NCBI GenBank assembly: GCA_963803975.1
Contig: CAWDOY010000051.1
Coordinates: forward strand, 1 to 45,807
Direction: 5' to 3'
Source: an uncultured delta proteobacterium
GTDB lineage: Bacteria; Desulfobacterota; WTBG01; CAIYCZ01
Length of the DNA: 45,807 bases
In this document: positions 40,600-45,807 of the stretch, piece by piece
Layout: each line of letters begins with the position of its first letter
How positions within the stretch are numbered: position 1 is the first letter of the stretch
Program-made: the position numbers and the translations under genes
The notes under the pieces: model-generated
What the model was told of the DNA's origin: nothing
What the model saw: the letters and a program-made list of their open reading frames with translations, nothing else
Databases searched by the model: none

Positions 40600-42840
40600 G
40601 AGTCGCCGGCCCGACTCGTCGATGCGGTGGACTGGCTGGCAGCCTGCTTCGTGGGCAAACCATAGCTTGCGGCGTCGAGGGCTAGGACAGGGGCAGCGGC
40701 TGGTCGGCGAGGCTGGCCAGCACGACGCCCACATCGCCGTTGGGCGCCGCCAGCCTCCGGCTAGGGCCAACGGATGTTGCTTGCGGGAAGAAGTGAAGCG
40801 GCTCTTGTGCCGGCGTAGATCGACAGGTGGGAGAAGTCCGAGGTCGTCTCGGGAACATGCAGCTCGGGCGGACGCAGAAACTCCCCGTGCAGCAGGTATT
40901 TCATCCCCAGGCGGCGGACGCGAGCCAGCCCGCATTACGTAACCCACCTCCTCGGGGCTGCTCGAGATGCTCTGGGAGTAGGTTGGCCAGCGTGGGCTGT
41001 CGGCCCCGGATCAAGGCTCGAGCCTGCTCCAAATAGAACTGCCGCGAGTACTTCTGGTCCAGCAGAGCCAGCGGTTGCTCGGCGCATACTCGGCCGGCCA
41101 GAGTTTCGTCGTAGGGCGGCATGGTCAGGGACGAGTAGCTGCCGTACGTGACCGCATAGGGATGGTAGACGGCCTGGAAGAACGGGATGACGTCCCAGGG
41201 AGCATCTGGGGTGGAGTATCGTTCCTTGCTCACCTGCAGCGCGAGCATGATGTCCAGGTGGGGCAGCCACGCTTCGCCGCAGCCTTGCCCGCCAAGACCA
41301 CCTGTCGTTGGGCTGTGGAGCAGCGCCGGCGGATGTCCTCAGTGAGTTGGCGAAAGCCCTGGTCCAGGAGTCACCTGCCCGAGCACGTGCCCGTGGTTGG
41401 GGTCGTAGCAGGGCAATTGACTGCACGCCTGGTCCATGTAGATCCCATCCACCCCCAAGCCCATCGCCGCCTCTTCCGCCAACCCGGCGGTACTTGTCTC
41501 GCCAGAAGGGAGTGGCCAGGCACATGGGCGCCACCGCCTGCTTGGTGAAGATGTTGTAGACTTCGGAACGGATTGCCGTCCTCGCCTTTGACGGCGAAGC
41601 GTTCGGCCCCCTCCTCCAACCAGCTTCGGGTGCTTGTGCCCCAGGCCCGCTGGTTCATGTACACGATGGCCCGCAGCCCGCGTTCGTGGGCGTGCTTGCG
41701 ACCGCCTGCTTGAACGATTCGGCGCCTTCGCGCGGAGGAAGGTACTCGGGGAAGCCGATGTCGTAGGCACAACCGTGCCACCAATGCCGAGAAGACGCTC
41801 ACGGGCAGCCCCAATCGCGCTGAAACGCCGCGGCGGGGGCGAGCACCCTTGGCGGTAGCGGCCTCGGTTCCAGAACCGGCCCCGGTCTCCAACACCCAGT
41901 CAGGCGTGAGGCCCCGCCGCAGACGGCTCTGCTCGGCCCAGCTTCTTGACCGCCCACGCTCGATACCGCTCGGCCGCCGTCAGCCAATCGCCCTGAAAAG
42001 GCGCCCAGCACCACTTGGTAAGGGAGCGAGTAGCGTTTCTCCTCCCTGGCGAGGTTCAGCGGGTAGATGAATCGTCTCGAAATGGATCTGGCGGTCCGCA
42101 GTCCCCCACATGGCGAAGGTTTTTCTCAATGCCTGAGTGTCGTTGCAGGCCGCGTACAAGCCGTGTTGATCGTCGTAGCATGCGAGACATTGCATGGACA
42201 AGTGGCCGGGATAGCTCCACGACAGTCGTCGCGATTGCCCCTTGGCGTCAAAGAACAGGCTGCGTGAGTCCGCCGCCTGCTCGCCGAGCCACGCCGGGAC
42301 CGCCAGCCGCTGGTTCTTGCCGCCCTTCAAGCCGCAGACTCGCGGGAATCGAACCTGCTGATCGCGACACCGGTCGGTTTCTCCACGGCGATCCCCCAAT
42401 GGCTCTGCGGCGGCCTCGCTGTCGATCTGGATCGCGACCTCGACTTTGCACGGCGAGGTCCGGGCGGACTGAAATCGCTCCAAGTGACTCCATCCGCGGT
42501 GCGCGGCCCGGGAAGATCTCCCAATGGAAGGCGCCGGCCAGAGCAGGATGCAACACGGCCGGTTGATCCCCGACGAGCAACTCCAGCTCCCATAGCCCAG
42601 TTCCATCGGCGGCGCCGTCCATCTGATTTCGATCCCCGTCCCTGCATCCATCAGCCTCCACAGCCTGCCGTCGTGTTCATCCAATTCAAGCCGCAACGGT
42701 CCGCTGGAGATGACGGCCCGATTGCCGTCAGCCCGGCAGAGTCCCGTCTCCAGCATCGCTGCGCTCGCCATCAGCAGCCAGCCGATCCAGCAAGCCGCCG
42801 CGGCAGTTTCGACAGCCGAACCGTGGGGTGGATGTTCACA
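40600..42840 (-). CDS. Secreted glycoside-hydrolase-like protein (DUF6259-like), heavily fragmented; ends approximate
   Basis: Signal-like start after AAGGAG. Motifs LAVPAWLG, WSYPGHLSMQC, YMNQRAWG, GVDGIYMDQAC..CYDPNHGH, IPFFQAVYH and QFYLEQARA. The family label is from memory. Confidence 0.55.
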
Positions 42841-43107
42841 CAGATTCTCCTTGCTGGCGGGGGAGCAGACCAGAACCAACCGTACTGCTTTTAAGTGCTG
42901 TAGGCTGGCCGCGGCAAGCACCGGGTCGTAGACTCGAGGCCTGTTGTGGCTCTTTCCCCAGAAACTGGAGTCCGCGAGCCGGCGCCCTACGTTATGACTT
43001 ATTCGAGTAGCATTCCACCTTCCCCCCAACCTCTTGTTTTACCAGGCTTCCCCGCTTAGAATCGGCCCTGTCGCCAGAAATCAATTCTCCTATCCTTTGC
43101 GCGATTA

Positions 43108-43133
43108 CCTCGCTGACGCTTCGGGTTACGATG
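43108..43133. repeat. REP-like element CCTCGCTGACGCTTCGGGTTACGATG
   Basis: Resembles, from memory, an intergenic repeat common in Planctomycetota (Pirellulales) genomes. Only one copy is present here. Confidence 0.45.
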
Positions 43134-43193
43134 TCCAGCATATTCGCGGCAAAGTGGCGCTGTCCAATTAGGACCCGTTGACAGACGGCAGCC

Positions 43194-45050
43194 ATGGTCG
43201 TGTCAACCCGAAGGTCCTGGGCTTGCTGGTCTGCCTCGTTCCACTACTGCCGCACCTGCCGCGCGATCGACGCCGGCTTCACCTACGACGACCAAGATTT
43301 CGTCGAGGACAACGCCAGTGTCCGTTCGATTGGGGAGGCGCTGGCCCACTTTCTTTCCCCCTTCCCACCGCACCAACCAGCGCGGAGCCCTTACGCCCCC
43401 TCACTGCGCTCTCGTACGCCGTGGACCAGCACATCGCCGGGTCGGCTCGGGGGCGCCACGCGTTCAATCTCTTGTACTACTTCCTCACCTTGGTGCTGGT
43501 CTTCGTCGTGGCGCGGCGCATCTCCGTTCTGACTTCGCGGCAGCAGCGGCCGTCCTGTTCTTTGGCCTGCATCCCGTTCATACCGAGGTGGTGGATAGCA
43601 TTTCCGGCCGCAGTGAGCTGCTTGCCCTGCTCTGCCTCCTTTCACGCTCAGCCTGCTATCACCGCTTTCAGACCACACCCCGACGAGGTTTGCGAGCCCT
43701 CTGGCTCGCCCTGGCCACGACTGGGTATGCCTGTTCCACCCTGGCCAAGGAATCCGGCCTCGTGTTTCTTGGCGTGCTTGCTCGCGGCCACATCTACTTT
43801 TTCCCGACGGTCACGGACGACGGCCCCGCAGCCGCGCATCGCCCGGGCTCTCACTACCTGTCGCTGATCCCTTTCATCATCGTCGCCGCCTTGTACCTGT
43901 GTGCTCGGAGCGTGGCCCTCGGCGGGCGTTTCGGGCCCGACACGGCGTTGTTTGCCGGCGCCAATGTGCCAACGCGACTCTTCACCGCCGGCGCGGTGTT
44001 TCTCGAATACATGTGCGTCTACTCGTCTTTCCTGGGACGCTCCAGGTCGACCGAGTACTACAGCCGGACGGTGGGACTCCACCATTCTCTTAGCCTCCAG
44101 CAGCGCTGGGGCTTGACTCTGCTTCTGCTCCTTCTGGCTGGACTTGGTCTTCTCAGTCGCCGCCCTGCCCGTCGGACCACTCGGACAGCCCACACGAACC
44201 TTGCCGCCTTCGCTCTCTGGGCCTTCTTCGTCCTGCTGCTCCCCGTCTCCGATATCATTCCCTTTGGCGCTGATGGCCGAACGACTGCTCTACGCCCCCT
44301 CGTTCGCCTTTGTCCTACTGCTCGTCGGTCTGCTCCACGTCCCTCTCCTTCGCGTGGCCGCCCGGGGATGGCGAGCCCGCTTGACTTGCGAGTTCCTCGT
44401 GGTCGGTCTGGTGCGTCCTGCTCGGTTGCCGTACGTACCTCCGTGCACGCGAGTGGCGCGACGAGGTCGTCTATGGGAGTCGGCCATCGCAGCCGGCACA
44501 GAAGACGTCGCCGCCTACGACGAATCTCGGCACCGGCTATTCGGCGCGGCAGAAGGGGACTTCGCACGGGCGAGGGCCGCATTTGAACGCAGCCTCGCCC
44601 TCAGTCCCGGCCATGTCCCCGCACTCAACAACCTCGGCTTCTTGCTGATGCAGACCGGACAGACGCGGGAGGCCCAAGAGGTCTTCTTCCGCGCCTTGCG
44701 AAGCGACCCGCCCGAGACTATCGTGCCTGGAACGACCTCGGCGTGATCGCGGCCAGGCAGTCTGGATCACTCCCGGGCGAGGATGTTCTACCAGCGCGCC
44801 CTCGACGCGAACCCCACCTATCTACCCGCGCGGACCAATCTTCGGGAGAGCGAGCGGATCATCGCCCTCGCCCACCGCGACATCGCTCGAGCCCGCCCCG
44901 GGGACGACGGGCCACCGATCCCGCCCGCGTCGAGCGATTTGCCCAGGCCTGCTACGTCGTCGGCGACTACCGCGGCGCCCAGGACTACCTCGACCGCGCA
45001 CGCCGGAACCGTGGGCCAGCGTACTCCGCTCGGCGGCCCCAAGACCGCGA
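43194..45050 (+). CDS. TMTC-like GT-C membrane glycosyltransferase with C-terminal TPR repeats (fragmented; ends approximate)
   Basis: GFTYDD..V..N, (Y)RPLTALSYA, H.FNL, LFFGLHPVHTEVVDSISGRSELL, LAKESG and MAERLLYAPS, then TPRs (AFERSLALSPGHVPALNNLG, YQRALDANPTYLPARTNL). Confidence 0.8.
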
Positions 45051-45099
45051 TAGCACCTCTGCATCCGTTCGGGCGCCGTCGATGCCCTGTGAAGAGCCA

Positions 45100-45807
45100 C
45101 TGCGACGGAGCCGTTGCCGCGTGAAGTCTTTCTGAAGGCCGTGAACGGCTATCCACTGGGCGTCGTCCAGATGGAGCGCCCCCGACTCTTGCAGCCGTGC
45201 CGCCGCGCTGAGGAAATGGGCCGTGATCCAGAACACGGTCCACGTCTCGGCGTACCGCCGCGCAATGCGAACACGTCGTTGACGTCGCCCCGCTGAGCGT
45301 AGTTCGTGTGCTGCGGCTGCTCGCCCTGGCTGCCGTAGGGGTCGAGCAACTGGCCGCACTACGATCCATCAGACAGCAAGTTGCTGAAGTCGGCTGTCGT
45401 TTAGGATTTGTCCCAAGCGGTAGATTTCCGGGGCGATGAGCACGCCGAAGACGTCGAGGTGTTGGTTTGTGGGGAAACCACGGTCCAGCCCCGCGTCTTG
45501 AACGCATGGTTGCGCAAGCGGCCGGCCGGCAGATCGATGTCCCAGAGGACGACGTAGGTGAGCACGACGTCGCAGGCGTGGCGAGCCGACTCCAGATACT
45601 GGCGGCCGCCGGTTAGTTCGTAGACGGCCAGGAAGCCCTGCAAGGCGGCATAGGCGCTCTTCCTTGTCTTCACAGCGGGCGTCCAGAGTGCCGCCCCAGT
45701 AAGGTTCCTGCATCGAGACGTGCCGTCCCACCGTAATGCTCGGCCGCTTTCACCGCGGCCTGGCGATAGGTGGGGTTGTCGAAGAGTCGGGAGGCTTCGC
45801 ACAGAGG
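45100..45807 (-). CDS. C-terminal part of a hypothetical glycoside-hydrolase-like (alpha/alpha barrel-type) protein; runs off the right edge
   Basis: Joined frames read EPYWGGTLDARCEDKE..AALQGFLAVYELTG..YLESARHACD..TRGWTVVSPQNQHLDVFG..GSQGEQ.QHTNY..YAETWTVFWITAHFL. Confidence 0.55.

Noticed and set aside
39394..45731. Numerous overlapping Arg/Pro/Ala-rich ORFs in the high-GC segment
   Set aside because: These are expected from high GC and frequent indels. Only the frames carrying recognisable family motifs were kept.

Overview
This window looks like error-prone long-read or metagenomic sequence. Single-base indels break many genes, and it seems to be made of two unrelated parts. Part A (1 to ~37,945) looks like an anaerobic Deltaproteobacterium (Desulfobacterota-like; inferred from gene content and style). 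It opens with a relatively AT-rich, minus-strand surface-glycan locus (1-12,910) next to the 3' end of tRNA-Thr(CGT). That locus holds a priming phosphoglycosyl transferase fused to a degenerate GGDEF-like domain, a Gfo/Idh/MocA oxidoreductase, two DegT-type aminotransferases, two hexapeptide acyltransferases, a GNAT, a stand-alone carrier protein, a prolyl-PCP-dehydrogenase-like acyl-CoA dehydrogenase and a very large secreted deacetylase-like repeat protein. Housekeeping genes follow: MBL hydrolase, DinG/YoaA helicase, lon, thiL, larB, larC, FmdB zinc ribbon, nucleoside phosphorylase, lapA-like, HTH, queD, folE2, DUF4912, GH57 branching enzyme, TPR-SpoIID, PIG-L deacetylase, a MurU/AmgK-like pair, HAD and murJ. 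At ~37,945 murJ is cut off and joined in frame to a TRAP small permease. Part B (~37,946-45,807) is clearly more GC-rich and more error-ridden, and is probably a different organism (Planctomycete-like REP seen). It carries a TRAP transporter, an aldo/keto reductase, two glycoside-hydrolase-like proteins and a TMTC-like GT-C/TPR protein. The most interesting candidates are (i) a glycan pathway with a carrier-protein/ACAD acyl-tailoring module and a possibly c-di-GMP-sensing priming transferase, and (ii) a 35-bp GCTGA-heptad element sitting just before two unrelated start codons. No CRISPR array, rRNA, integrase or transposase was seen. All family assignments come from motif recognition, not database searches.
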